Source of the DNA: a virus
Taxonomy: Duplodnaviria > Caudoviricetes
DNA length: 26,750 nt
Reading direction: 5' to 3' (one strand)
Virus record (IMG/VR): IMGVR_UViG_3300022690_002279
Location: 1 to 26,750 of that record
Part shown: piece after piece, positions 1 through 8,040 of the stretch
Layout of the letters: each line of letters opens with the position of its first letter
How positions within the stretch are numbered: position 1 is the stretch's first letter
The notes under the pieces: generated by a model
The model's input: only the letters and a program-made list of their open reading frames with translations
The model's database searches: none
What the model was told of the DNA's origin: nothing
Made by a program: the position numbers and the translations under genes

Positions 1-336
1 AGCAACCTGTATCAGCAAGGTCACTCTACAGATATAAGTTTCGAGTTCACTCTTAGTCTGGGGTTTACAGATGTTACTTTCCAAGAACTCTTCATGGGTG
101 GAACATCTCCATCAGCTACGAGTGACCCTACAGTTTACAACATATTACTCCAGGCAGATAATGGGGTGGCTCTTGGGAGTGGTAGAAGGGAATTCAGTCT
201 TAAACTAGAAAACTGCATTGCACCATCTTTCAACGAATCTACTTCTGTTGGTGGTTTGACGTTTATTGACTGGACAGGAATAGGAACGCTTAATGAGTGT
301 TTCTCAATAGATAACATACCGTCAGGTACTTGGTAG
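1..336 (+). CDS. Major tail tube protein, C-terminal part (5' truncated)
   Basis: Frame is open from base 1 (SNLYQQGHSTDISFEFTLSL...) to TAG 336; beta-rich; directly precedes the chaperone/tape measure genes. Confidence 0.7.
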   Translation, partial: SNLYQQGHSTDISFEFTLSLGFTDVTFQELFMGGTSPSATSDPTVYNILLQADNGVALGSGRREFSLKLENCIAPSFNESTSVGGLTFIDWTGIGTLNECFSIDNIPSGTW

Positions 337-345
337 GTGATAAGT

Positions 346-678
346 ATGAAAAAGAAGATAAAAACAGACAATGGAGAAGAAGAAATAGAACTTGCAAACC
401 CCAAAGGTAAGCATACTAAGAAAGGTTTCAAGTTGTTGATGGCTTCCAGGAACAAAGACGATACCGAAAATATATCCGCAGTTGATAAATATACCGATTA
501 CTTGGATGAAGTTGCTTGTTGGGGTTCTGGAAAAGACCAGGACTGGCTTGACGAACTAGACGATGAAGAGAAACAAAAAATCGTTTCTTTCTATCATGAT
601 AAAGTAATGGCAAAGTTCGATTTTTTGAAATCCTCGTCGAAACAGCAAAGCTCTGTGCAGAAGGCCACGGTTCAATAG
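346..678 (+). CDS. Tail assembly chaperone (gpG-like)
   Basis: GGTGA at 336-340 then ATG 346; small charged protein between tail tube and tape measure; slippery heptamer near its 3' end. Confidence 0.75.
   Translation: MKKKIKTDNGEEEIELANPKGKHTKKGFKLLMASRNKDDTENISAVDKYTDYLDEVACWGSGKDQDWLDELDDEEKQKIVSFYHDKVMAKFDFLKSSSKQQSSVQKATVQ
621..627 (+). other. Programmed -1 frameshift slippery site T TTT TTG
   Basis: X XXY YYZ heptamer phased in the gpG frame; the -1 frame is open with no stop into ORF 687..875. Confidence 0.75.
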
Positions 679-686
679 TAGAAATA

Positions 687-875
687 ATGTTTAAGCGGGG
701 AGTAGAGCCTTGGATAACCTTCAAAGATGAGATTATAGAGTATATGGATAAGTTAGCATTTAGTAATCGTTTTGGGTGGACACCATCCCAAGTCGATGAA
801 CTGGATGAGTATGACTATATGGCCTATACCTCTATGATGAAAGGGCAGGGGGAAGCAAAACAAAAAAATGGCTGA
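687..875 (+). CDS. Tail assembly chaperone extension (gpT-like), probably made as a G-T frameshift fusion
   Basis: LAFSNRFGWTPSQVDEL resembles gpT-type C-termini; no clear SD before ATG 687; lies in the -1 frame of the slippery site. Confidence 0.7.
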   Translation: MFKRGVEPWITFKDEIIEYMDKLAFSNRFGWTPSQVDELDEYDYMAYTSMMKGQGEAKQKNG

Positions 876-1959
876 TCTAAAATTCAAAGTCGTTGCAGAC
901 TTACGGAAACTCGAAAAAGACCTTAGCAAAGTACTTAACCAGAAGGTTAGCGTAGAAGGTGCTGGTGGTGGAGCTGTTGCTGGCCCTGCTGGTAGAGCAG
1001 GAAAGAAAAGAACAAGTCTTCTTACTAAGGGGGTTGCCGCTTTAGGAGTTATCGCTGCTCTTTTGAAAACTGTACAACCAGTTTTGGATCTTATAAAAAT
1101 AATATTGAGCATTGTGGTTTTACGTATAATACAGATAGCTAAATTTATTTTTATAACTCTTCCAGGACTCTTGAGCACTATATGGACTAAGATAGTTGAA
1201 TGGTTAAAGATAGGATGGGCATTCATAAAGGCTCTTCCAAAGAGGATCTGGGAGTTTCTTAAAGCTCTCCCAGCTAGGATATGGGATTTCGTGAAGAACT
1301 TAGCAGTGGACATCTGGAATCTTTTGAAGTTGGGTTTCGATTTCTTGAAAGAAACCCTGATTAGTTGGTTTACTAAAGTTGTTGATTTCATCAAAGGACT
1401 TGCTGGAGCTATATGGGACAAGTTAAAGGCGGGTTTCGAGTTCGTTGTGGAGATCTTCAAAACTGTTGGTTCTTTCCTAAAAGAAAAACTCATACTTATA
1501 GGACAAAAGATTAAAGAGTTAGCTATCAAGATCAAAACAAGGCTCATTGCTTTAGGTAAAAAGATAGGTGAAAAACTTTCCAAACTTACAGAGAAATTCA
1601 AAGAAATAATAGAAGGAGTAAAAACAAAGATTGGGGAGTTAAAAGATAAACTTTCAAGCATCCTTTCCAATATTAAAGATAAGATCTTCAATCTAGCCAG
1701 GGACATCGCTAGTGCTATCAAGTCCAAGATAGGTAGCTTTCTGGGAGGAGGAGGAGGCGAAGAACAGGATTTCATTTCGAGACCAGGAAAAGCCCCTGTC
1801 TCTTTTAGCCCAGGGGATACTATTATTGGTGTGAAAGACCCAGGAATGCTGGGTGGTGGTTCCAAGACTATCAACATTTTTGGATCAACAAATCAAGAGA
1901 TCATCGAAATAGTGAAGAGAGAGCTCGGTGTGGATGTCAACCGTAGCACGAGGCTTTAG
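868..1959 (+). CDS. Tape measure protein (short, 363 aa)
   Basis: Follows the chaperones; amphipathic 11-residue W/F repeats (IKALPKRIWEF/LKALPARIWDF/VKNLAVDIWNL); hydrophobic segment near aa 55-100. Confidence 0.85.
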   Translation: MADLKFKVVADLRKLEKDLSKVLNQKVSVEGAGGGAVAGPAGRAGKKRTSLLTKGVAALGVIAALLKTVQPVLDLIKIILSIVVLRIIQIAKFIFITLPGLLSTIWTKIVEWLKIGWAFIKALPKRIWEFLKALPARIWDFVKNLAVDIWNLLKLGFDFLKETLISWFTKVVDFIKGLAGAIWDKLKAGFEFVVEIFKTVGSFLKEKLILIGQKIKELAIKIKTRLIALGKKIGEKLSKLTEKFKEIIEGVKTKIGELKDKLSSILSNIKDKIFNLARDIASAIKSKIGSFLGGGGGEEQDFISRPGKAPVSFSPGDTIIGVKDPGMLGGGSKTINIFGSTNQEIIEIVKRELGVDVNRSTRL

Positions 1960-1962
1960 AAG

Positions 1963-2424
1963 ATGGCTGCGACGACGGAACTTAGAATAACAAACAATGG
2001 AAACAGTAGACAGTTCTTGTTTAGAGCTGTATCTAGCTTATCTATTAAAAAGATTCAACCGCCCATAACTATCCCTCTTGTTGGTAGACCATCTTCCGCC
2101 GCATTCCAGTTCCGATTCATTGGGCAACTTGAAGAGGTAACATTTAGCTTTGCACTTTTTGATGATGGTGTTGATGTAAGTAATGGCACTAATCCAGGGG
2201 TTGTTATTACAGTAGATGATCAGATTAGTTATTTGAAAGATACCATTTTTAGTGAGGAGTTCGATACGGATTGGGATTTAACCGATTTTGTTTATTCCCC
2301 CTCCTTCATTTATAATAGTCAGAAAGTTTTGATAGTCAATCTTGACATCCCTATAACTCAAGGTAGTAAAAACATCGTTGTAGGAACTATGACGGTTCAA
2401 CTGGGGGCTTTGGTGAGTCTATAA
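1963..2424 (+). CDS. Distal tail (Dit-like) protein
   Basis: 153 aa beta-rich ORF immediately after the tape measure gene; synteny only. Confidence 0.6.
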   Translation: MAATTELRITNNGNSRQFLFRAVSSLSIKKIQPPITIPLVGRPSSAAFQFRFIGQLEEVTFSFALFDDGVDVSNGTNPGVVITVDDQISYLKDTIFSEEFDTDWDLTDFVYSPSFIYNSQKVLIVNLDIPITQGSKNIVVGTMTVQLGALVSL

Positions 2425-4409
2425 TGGTTGTTGATAGATTAAGATTGTTTAGGGGAGCGACAGAACTTGACTATTCCGAGGCTAGTTTTAGCCGCACCGA
2501 TGATCACATCGTCGATCAGGGATTTGCGGAGATAGGCCCTGAAGATCTTGTTACTGTAGGTTCTGTTATTGATTTTAAGCAGAATGATGGTAGTACTACT
2601 GTTTTTAGTGCTAAGGTTATTGAGAAGCAGGAGAACGAGATGTGGCTTTTGAAGATCCTCACGAACGGTTACGAGTTGAACAATGTTAATGTCCAGCAGA
2701 CATTCACTAATAAAAGTCCTGAGTTCATAGTTGAGGACATCATTACTAACTTTACTACTACCCTTACTTATGTTAGCGGTGTCGCTAGCGGTGTCGTTCT
2801 TGATCAGTATATCGCTAATGGTTATGCTATAGACATCATTAGGGATATGATGAATTTCTTGCAGTGGAGGCTTAGGATAGATTTTAATGATAACGTGTCT
2901 TTTGAACCTAGAGCCACTGTAGATAATGGAAGATCATTCACTAATGGGGTTGGTGCCCAGTTTCTTAGTCGGCAGGAGGACCAGAACAATTTGGTTAACC
3001 ATGTGCGGGTCGTTGGGGGGTTTGAGAACTTCGCCACCGAAGAAACCATTGTTGATACCAATACCGTTTTTACTTTAACAAAGAAACCCACTGGGGTTAT
3101 GAGGATCGTCGTTTCAGGTACCGAGGTCGATAGCGCGACTTATACTGTGGATGGCGAGAACAAGATCGTGACTTTTGATGCTAGTAAGACTGATCCTACT
3201 TTCTTTTACAGTTTTGATAAGCCTGTCATCGTTGAGGATCAGAACGATCCATCTATTGCCCAGTTCGGGGAGATTTTCCAAGAGATCCAAGCACCTTGGC
3301 TTAACAGCATATCTGATGCTAGACGCTACGCCCAGAACGTTTTAGACGTGTTGGCTTTCCCCCTTGATAAAGTTAAGGTTATGCAACCTGGCCTGGATTT
3401 CACTAGCGATGTTGATGAACTGTTCACTTTGACAGATACCGTCCGTAACGATCCTGCTGAGCAATTCATCGTTACTAAGATCACTTATGATGCTGCTAAG
3501 AACACGACTACTTACGATTTTGGCGAGAGAGATTTCATAATTTTTGATTGGCAAAGAAAGGTAGAGAGCAGGATTAAAGATATTGAGCGACGCCTTACTA
3601 ACCAGGATGTTGTCACTTTTGCTAGGAATTTTAAAGATAATATGCTGATAGAGTTAACCGTTACGCAGGTTAACGAATTTAACAGCCCTGTAGATAGTTT
3701 TATTCTTAGTCATAAGACTCTTGGTCGTTTGAGGACTAGTCTGGATTTCGAGGCTGACTGTAGCGATAGTGGCAATAATGGCACTTGGAACGGTACTGGG
3801 ATTGCTGGTAGTCAGTATACTACTAGCGGTTTTCGGCTGAGTGCAGGTACTTTTAATGGAAGTGATAACTTTATCGATGTTGCGGACGTTGCTGGGTTGA
3901 GGTTTACTGGAGATTTCAGTATTGCTCTTGTTGTCAAAGTCACGCCTCTACCTGGTGCGGAGACTTGGATCTTGAACAAGTGGGATACGACTGATGGGTA
4001 CGCTGTGCGCATCAATGCTAGTAACGAGGTGGAGCTTATCTATAGCGATACCGGTGCGGATACCGTTTTTGCTGCAAGCACTGCTTTGACTGATAACACT
4101 TTTCAGCATGTCGTGTTTACTAAGAGCGGTACAGCTTTAACGGTTTACGTTGCGGGAGTTAGCGATAACACCGCTACGGGTGGTGCCACTGTTGGGAGTA
4201 ATACTAACAATTTAGAAGTTGGGAGGCAGGGCGCAAACTTTTTTACCGGAACCCTTGACGAGGTCCATTTCTACAATAGAGCTTTAACCGCCGATGAGGC
4301 TTCCAAATTGAATAGTAAACTCCACGTCGTTAGTGGCGATGTTTGCTATATGAGCATGGACAACCCCCGGCTTGGCGATAGGAGTAGTGCGAGGGCTCCA
4401 ATACCATGA
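2424..4409 (+). CDS. Baseplate hub/tail tip protein with C-terminal LamG (concanavalin A-like) domain
   Basis: Hub-like N-terminus (NHVRVVGG, SIAQFGEI); LamG signatures FNGSDNFIDV, FQHVVFT, LTVYVAG, FTGTLDEVHFYNRALT. Confidence 0.8.
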   Translation: MVVDRLRLFRGATELDYSEASFSRTDDHIVDQGFAEIGPEDLVTVGSVIDFKQNDGSTTVFSAKVIEKQENEMWLLKILTNGYELNNVNVQQTFTNKSPEFIVEDIITNFTTTLTYVSGVASGVVLDQYIANGYAIDIIRDMMNFLQWRLRIDFNDNVSFEPRATVDNGRSFTNGVGAQFLSRQEDQNNLVNHVRVVGGFENFATEETIVDTNTVFTLTKKPTGVMRIVVSGTEVDSATYTVDGENKIVTFDASKTDPTFFYSFDKPVIVEDQNDPSIAQFGEIFQEIQAPWLNSISDARRYAQNVLDVLAFPLDKVKVMQPGLDFTSDVDELFTLTDTVRNDPAEQFIVTKITYDAAKNTTTYDFGERDFIIFDWQRKVESRIKDIERRLTNQDVVTFARNFKDNMLIELTVTQVNEFNSPVDSFILSHKTLGRLRTSLDFEADCSDSGNNGTWNGTGIAGSQYTTSGFRLSAGTFNGSDNFIDVADVAGLRFTGDFSIALVVKVTPLPGAETWILNKWDTTDGYAVRINASNEVELIYSDTGADTVFAASTALTDNTFQHVVFTKSGTALTVYVAGVSDNTATGGATVGSNTNNLEVGRQGANFFTGTLDEVHFYNRALTADEASKLNSKLHVVSGDVCYMSMDNPRLGDRSSARAPIP

Positions 4410-5257
4410 CATTAATGACTAGTTTACTCAGCCAGATAGTAAGCGATGTGAAAGATGATATTGAAGCTTTATTCCTTTTTGGAGCTATAGGTGTTGGAAC
4501 TACTGCCGCCGTTGCGGGAGATACAGAGCTTGAAGAAGAAATATTAAGAAAAGGTATTGCCAATTTCGATAAGAGTGTTGGCGATGCGGTCACTGCCAGC
4601 CTGGAGATATTAACTATTGAAGCTAATAACAATGCGGTTTCCGAATTGGGCTGGCTCGATACAGACATCTCCGTTGTGGATAATTGCGACGTGGTTACTG
4701 GGTGGACTGATAGTGCGGATATGACTATTTCTGTTAATAGTACTGAGTTTAAAGAGAACGATTTATCCCTTAACTTGACTAAAGATGCTGGGGGGGCTGC
4801 TGAAGCAACCACTGCAAAGACTATTGCTTCTCCTATAGATTTCACTAGTAAAGAGGTAGGTATCTGGATCTTTATTGTTGATGCTGCCGCTCTTACTAAA
4901 ATGGCTGTAACTAACGGGTTCGGTTTGCGTTTCGGGAGCGATAGTGGCAATTATTTTGAGTGGTTTAAAGACAGGGCCGATTTCAGTGTTGGTTGGAATC
5001 TTATTAAAGATTTGACTACGGGGAATGCTGATAACACTGTTGGTGCTCCGGTCACTACGGCTCTTGACTTTGTGCGGGTGGCTTTGACTGCTACCAGTGC
5101 TGCTATTACTTGGAGTGCTGGCGATTTCATCATGGATGATATTAAGGTTAGTAGCGGAACCCTGTTCTATAGGGATAATTTGACTGCTATTAACAAGATT
5201 GATAGTATTCAGTTGTTTTTGGACACGACGATTACTATTACCGTTATTGAAACTTAG
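4406..5257 (+). CDS. Tail/baseplate structural protein with probable inserted beta-sandwich (carbohydrate-binding-like) domain
   Basis: GAIGVGTTAAVAGDTELEEEILRK and ELGW resemble tail-fibre anchor domains; internal segment with VGWNLI and MDDIKV. Confidence 0.55.
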   Translation: MTLMTSLLSQIVSDVKDDIEALFLFGAIGVGTTAAVAGDTELEEEILRKGIANFDKSVGDAVTASLEILTIEANNNAVSELGWLDTDISVVDNCDVVTGWTDSADMTISVNSTEFKENDLSLNLTKDAGGAAEATTAKTIASPIDFTSKEVGIWIFIVDAAALTKMAVTNGFGLRFGSDSGNYFEWFKDRADFSVGWNLIKDLTTGNADNTVGAPVTTALDFVRVALTATSAAITWSAGDFIMDDIKVSSGTLFYRDNLTAINKIDSIQLFLDTTITITVIET

Positions 5258-5261
5258 GATT

Positions 5262-5501
5262 ATGGTAGATACAAATTTCGAGAAAGTGCTGGGTAAGCTT
5301 AGGGAGATTCATAGAAAGTATCCTGATCTCAGGTTTGGAGAGGTCGTTCAGAAAGCCCTAGATGAGAGTACCAGGATTAAGAATACCGATTTTCATGACA
5401 GGAACAGTAAACAGCTCTTGAAAGCTTTGGAAGAATTCGATAAGAATACTAAACAAAGAAGAAAAAATAAGAAACCAAAAAAGGATAAAGGTGATAGATA
5501 A
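5262..5501 (+). CDS. Hypothetical protein (YPDLRFG motif)
   Basis: ATG 5262 just after the upstream stop; basic C-terminus; its stop overlaps the next start. Confidence 0.6.
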   Translation: MVDTNFEKVLGKLREIHRKYPDLRFGEVVQKALDESTRIKNTDFHDRNSKQLLKALEEFDKNTKQRRKNKKPKKDKGDR

Positions 5502-5980
5502 TGGTGCAAATACCTGATAAAGTAGATGGGGATAGTTTAGCTGAATCTGAGATTTTTAAATTTATAGATGAAGACACGAGTACTGGAAGTACAACTAGTA
5601 GTTCCGAAACCGAAATTGGCGAAGTAACAGTTCCGGCAAACGCTATTAGTAATGGTATTCTTATCTTGGCTCATTGCCGTATCGATAATGGTCATGAAGA
5701 TTCTATCAATACTATCCGTATCAGGGTTGGGGAGAGTGCTACGGCTACGAGTAACGCTTTGGTGGAGACTAGCACTCACCAAATAGCTCAAAGCAATGCT
5801 GGCAACAATGATGATTCTCAAGTATCGACTCAGCATCATGTGACTATACATGCTTGGTATACGGGAGCTACATTTACGAATGAGAACTTCGTGCATGTTA
5901 CTGGTCAGCAGAGTGGCAGTACTGGTGGCGGAGCATTTATTACATTGACTTGTGATAGGATCACGGTGTTTGGTTTTTAA
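5501..5980 (+). CDS. Putative tail fibre/receptor-binding protein
   Basis: AGGTGA SD; Ser/Thr-rich beta protein at the end of the tail module. Confidence 0.5.
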   Translation: MVQIPDKVDGDSLAESEIFKFIDEDTSTGSTTSSSETEIGEVTVPANAISNGILILAHCRIDNGHEDSINTIRIRVGESATATSNALVETSTHQIAQSNAGNNDDSQVSTQHHVTIHAWYTGATFTNENFVHVTGQQSGSTGGGAFITLTCDRITVFGF

Positions 5981-5981
5981 A

Positions 5982-6512
5982 ATGTTTAGATGGTGGCGTA
6001 GGTTTTTTAGAAGTCTTTTGTGGTGTGACGCTTCTAAAGTGTTGACCGAGGGAGATCTCGAGGATAAACCTACGCAGAGGGATAAGCCTAGTCCTAGTAG
6101 CCATTTTCCTAGGGATGAGCTTCTGCGTAAGAAGAAGCGTCAGTGGCCTCGGAGGGATGGTTATTGGATTACTCTTGTTGCTAATACGAACTCCATGGAG
6201 CCCGTGATTGATGATAATTCGGTGGTGGTGTGTGAGGATTTGCGCACTGTCAAGGGTAAGGAGTTCTTGGAAGAGTGGCCTTTGCAGATAGGCGATGTGT
6301 GTGTGTATGTGGGAGATCAGAAGTTGTGGGGTGGTAGGCCTTGGATCATTCATCAAATCTATCAGATCAAGACAGATGCTTATGGGGATAAGAGTTACAA
6401 GTTTAGGGGTGTGAACAATTTCGGTGTCGATCCAGGATGGGTGTGGGAAGAGAACATCATTTTAAGAGCTTTCGAGTTTTGTAGCGCTAGGCATTTGAGG
6501 GAGGGCGACTGA
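5982..6512 (+). CDS. S26-family (Sec11/archaeal-type signal peptidase I-like) serine protease
   Basis: Boxes in correct order: TNSMEP (Ser), IGDVCVY, WIIHQI (His), FRGVNN..VD. Confidence 0.7.
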   Translation: MFRWWRRFFRSLLWCDASKVLTEGDLEDKPTQRDKPSPSSHFPRDELLRKKKRQWPRRDGYWITLVANTNSMEPVIDDNSVVVCEDLRTVKGKEFLEEWPLQIGDVCVYVGDQKLWGGRPWIIHQIYQIKTDAYGDKSYKFRGVNNFGVDPGWVWEENIILRAFEFCSARHLREGD

Positions 6513-6617
6513 TGGATTGGCCTTGTTGTCTTACGTGTTCATTTATGTTAAGTAGAAAGTGTAGGTCTAAGGATGCTCCGAGATGGGTTGATCAGGAACC
6601 TCTGGAGGGTGACTAGG

Positions 6618-6905
6618 GTGGTGAAGAGGCAGAACGGGACAGATATAGTGGTGGCGGTTCTTAAGACCGAGATGGGCCATCTTAAAGAGATGCATTCCAG
6701 TAATGCTAAGAAGATGGATAAGATCTTTGCGGAGTTTAAGAAGAGCGTGGGCAATGCGCATAAGCGTTTGGATGACCATATCGTTGATGCTCCTAAGGTT
6801 ATGGATGCTAAGGATCAAGAGGTTAGAGGTTTTGTGTGGAAATTGGTGACTGTTTCCCTCACGATTATCGGGATCGGGACTGGGCTTGTTGCTTATTTCG
6901 TGTAA
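6618..6905 (+). CDS. Coiled-coil protein with C-terminal TM helix (XhlA-like lysis accessory candidate)
   Basis: GGTGA 6608-6612 then GTG 6618; heptad region followed by LVTVSLTIIGIGTGLVAYFV. Confidence 0.55.
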   Translation: MVKRQNGTDIVVAVLKTEMGHLKEMHSSNAKKMDKIFAEFKKSVGNAHKRLDDHIVDAPKVMDAKDQEVRGFVWKLVTVSLTIIGIGTGLVAYFV

Positions 6906-6922
6906 TGAAGAGGTGATGATGT

Positions 6923-7120
6923 ATGGCTAAAAAGAAATATATTGATACCAAAAAGTTTTATGAGAGTAAGACTTTGTGGTTTAACGCCCTGATGACTGTG
7001 TTGTTGTTGGCGGAGCTTTTGAGGGAGTTGCCTTGGGTGAGTCCTGAGATGTTGACTGTGCTTATCGGAGCTGGGAATGTCGTTTTGAGAGTGTGGTTCA
7101 CTAAGAAAGCAGTGGAATAA
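6923..7120 (+). CDS. Holin-like two-TM protein
   Basis: GAGGTGA SD; YESKTLWFN...GNVVLR pattern with two hydrophobic helices; last gene of the late module. Confidence 0.65.
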   Translation: MAKKKYIDTKKFYESKTLWFNALMTVLLLAELLRELPWVSPEMLTVLIGAGNVVLRVWFTKKAVE

Positions 7121-7205
7121 TCATTTAAAGTAATTTATTTTATTATTTATTTATAAATCATTAGTAGTTTATTATAAATCATTAGTAGTTTATTTTTCTA
7201 TAATA
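7121..7205. other. Extremely AT-rich tract (candidate duplex unwinding element; T-runs may also terminate the late operon)
   Basis: Almost only A/T; adjacent to ORB-like boxes. Confidence 0.6.
7151..7192. repeat. Perfect tandem repeat, 2 x 21 bp (TTATAAATCATTAGTAGTTTA)
   Basis: Read directly at 7151-7171 and 7172-7192. Confidence 0.95.
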
Positions 7206-7258
7206 GTTTCATGTGGAAACAAGTGGAACTTTTAAGACCCCCTTGTTTCCTGTGGAAC
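7206..7258 (-). promoter_or_regulatory. Archaeal origin recognition box (ORB)-like elements
   Basis: Minus strand 7258-7238 GTTCCACAGGAAACAAGGGGG (TTCCA-N3-GAAAC plus G-string); 7220-7206 GTTTCCACATGAAAC; partial GTTCCACTTG at 7229-7220. Confidence 0.65.
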
Positions 7259-7302
7259 TCTAGAAAAAGATTTTGTATGTTGTTTCTTTCTTTTTCTTTC
7301 TT

Positions 7303-7314
7303 AACTTTTATATA
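7303..7314 (+). promoter_or_regulatory. Candidate archaeal promoter (AACT-TTTATATA)
   Basis: Canonical TTTATATA at 7307-7314 upstream of a hairpin-rich region with no credible ORF. Confidence 0.4.
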
Positions 7315-7366
7315 CTTCCCCTTCCCAATCTACTTCAAACCAACTTTTCACCGTTAAAAATTTTTA

Positions 7367-7618
7367 GACACCCATCACATAGGTGGGTGTTTGTTTCTAT
7401 CGGAAGTGAAGGGGTCTCCCCTGGTAGGGTTCGTTGGTTTTCCTTTCACTTCCGCGTCATCTCTGGTACTAGCCCAATCGTGCTTGTCACCGAGGCTCCG
7501 CTTTGTCCAGCGTGGCAGCGCTACCCGTATTGGCTCTGCTCGTTTCTCGTCATTACTTATATTTAGTTGCGGTATGGCCATGCCCCTTTGGGGTTCCTCG
7601 TCACGTTGTGGGTTTTTT
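7367..7618 (+). ncRNA. Candidate structured non-coding RNA
   Basis: Stems 7367-7376/7382-7391, 7401-7414/7441-7454, 7471-7478/7529-7535 and 7480-7490/7512-7521; G-U pairs favour the + strand; T-run at 7613-7618. Confidence 0.45.
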
Positions 7619-7809
7619 ATTGAGTTAGTCATCATATATTTGCGATAGGTTTATAACCAAGAATGAGATTCTTCTTCTTGGTTATTTCTACGATATTTCC
7701 TCGTAGATCTACCTCCTTTGCTGGGGGTAATTCCCCGGCATTTATATTTCTTTCTTATCACTGGGTATATGTTTTATATGTTTTTCTGGGTTGTATATGT
7801 TTTATTATA

Positions 7810-7846
7810 GAAAGGTTTAAATAGATTCATTACTATTACTATTACT
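7810..7846 (+). promoter_or_regulatory. Early promoter: BRE (GAAAGG) + TATA (TTTAAATA), followed by 3 x ATTACT
   Basis: TATA at 7816-7823, 31 nt before a leaderless ATG at 7847; ATTACT x3 at 7829-7846. Confidence 0.75.
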
Positions 7847-7954
7847 ATGGCGAAATGCACATTCCAACCCTGCGGATACAAATGGAAAAATAGGACAGAA
7901 AACCCAGTCTCTTGCCCAAAATGCAAAAGGCGATTTGACTATGACAAAGCTTAA
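7847..7954 (+). CDS. 35-aa zinc-finger protein
   Basis: MAKCTFQPCGYKWKNRTENPVSCPKCKRRFDYDKA (C-x4-C...CPxC); below the ORF-track cutoff. Confidence 0.75.
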   Translation: MAKCTFQPCGYKWKNRTENPVSCPKCKRRFDYDKA

Positions 7955-8040
7955 ACCAACAGGTGCTGATAAAAGAAGAGTTGAAATCATTGCAAAGAAA
8001 GAACAAACAAGGTTAGATGAGTACACGGAGGTTGATCGAA

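Noticed and set aside
753-1877. 374-aa minus-strand ORF
   Set aside because: Antisense shadow of the tape measure gene; no SD or recognisable motifs.
2424-5980. Diversity-generating retroelement acting on tail genes
   Set aside because: No reverse transcriptase and no template/variable repeat pair seen in the window.
7206-7258. GTTTC...GAAAC as a mini-CRISPR repeat
   Set aside because: Only 15 bp with no repeat-spacer periodicity; the G-string and adjacent AT tract fit ORBs better.
7375-7635. 86-aa minus-strand ORF (and + ORFs 7273..7566, 7391..7648)
   Set aside because: Atypical composition, no properly spaced SD, and the region is better explained by base-paired structure; not fully excluded.
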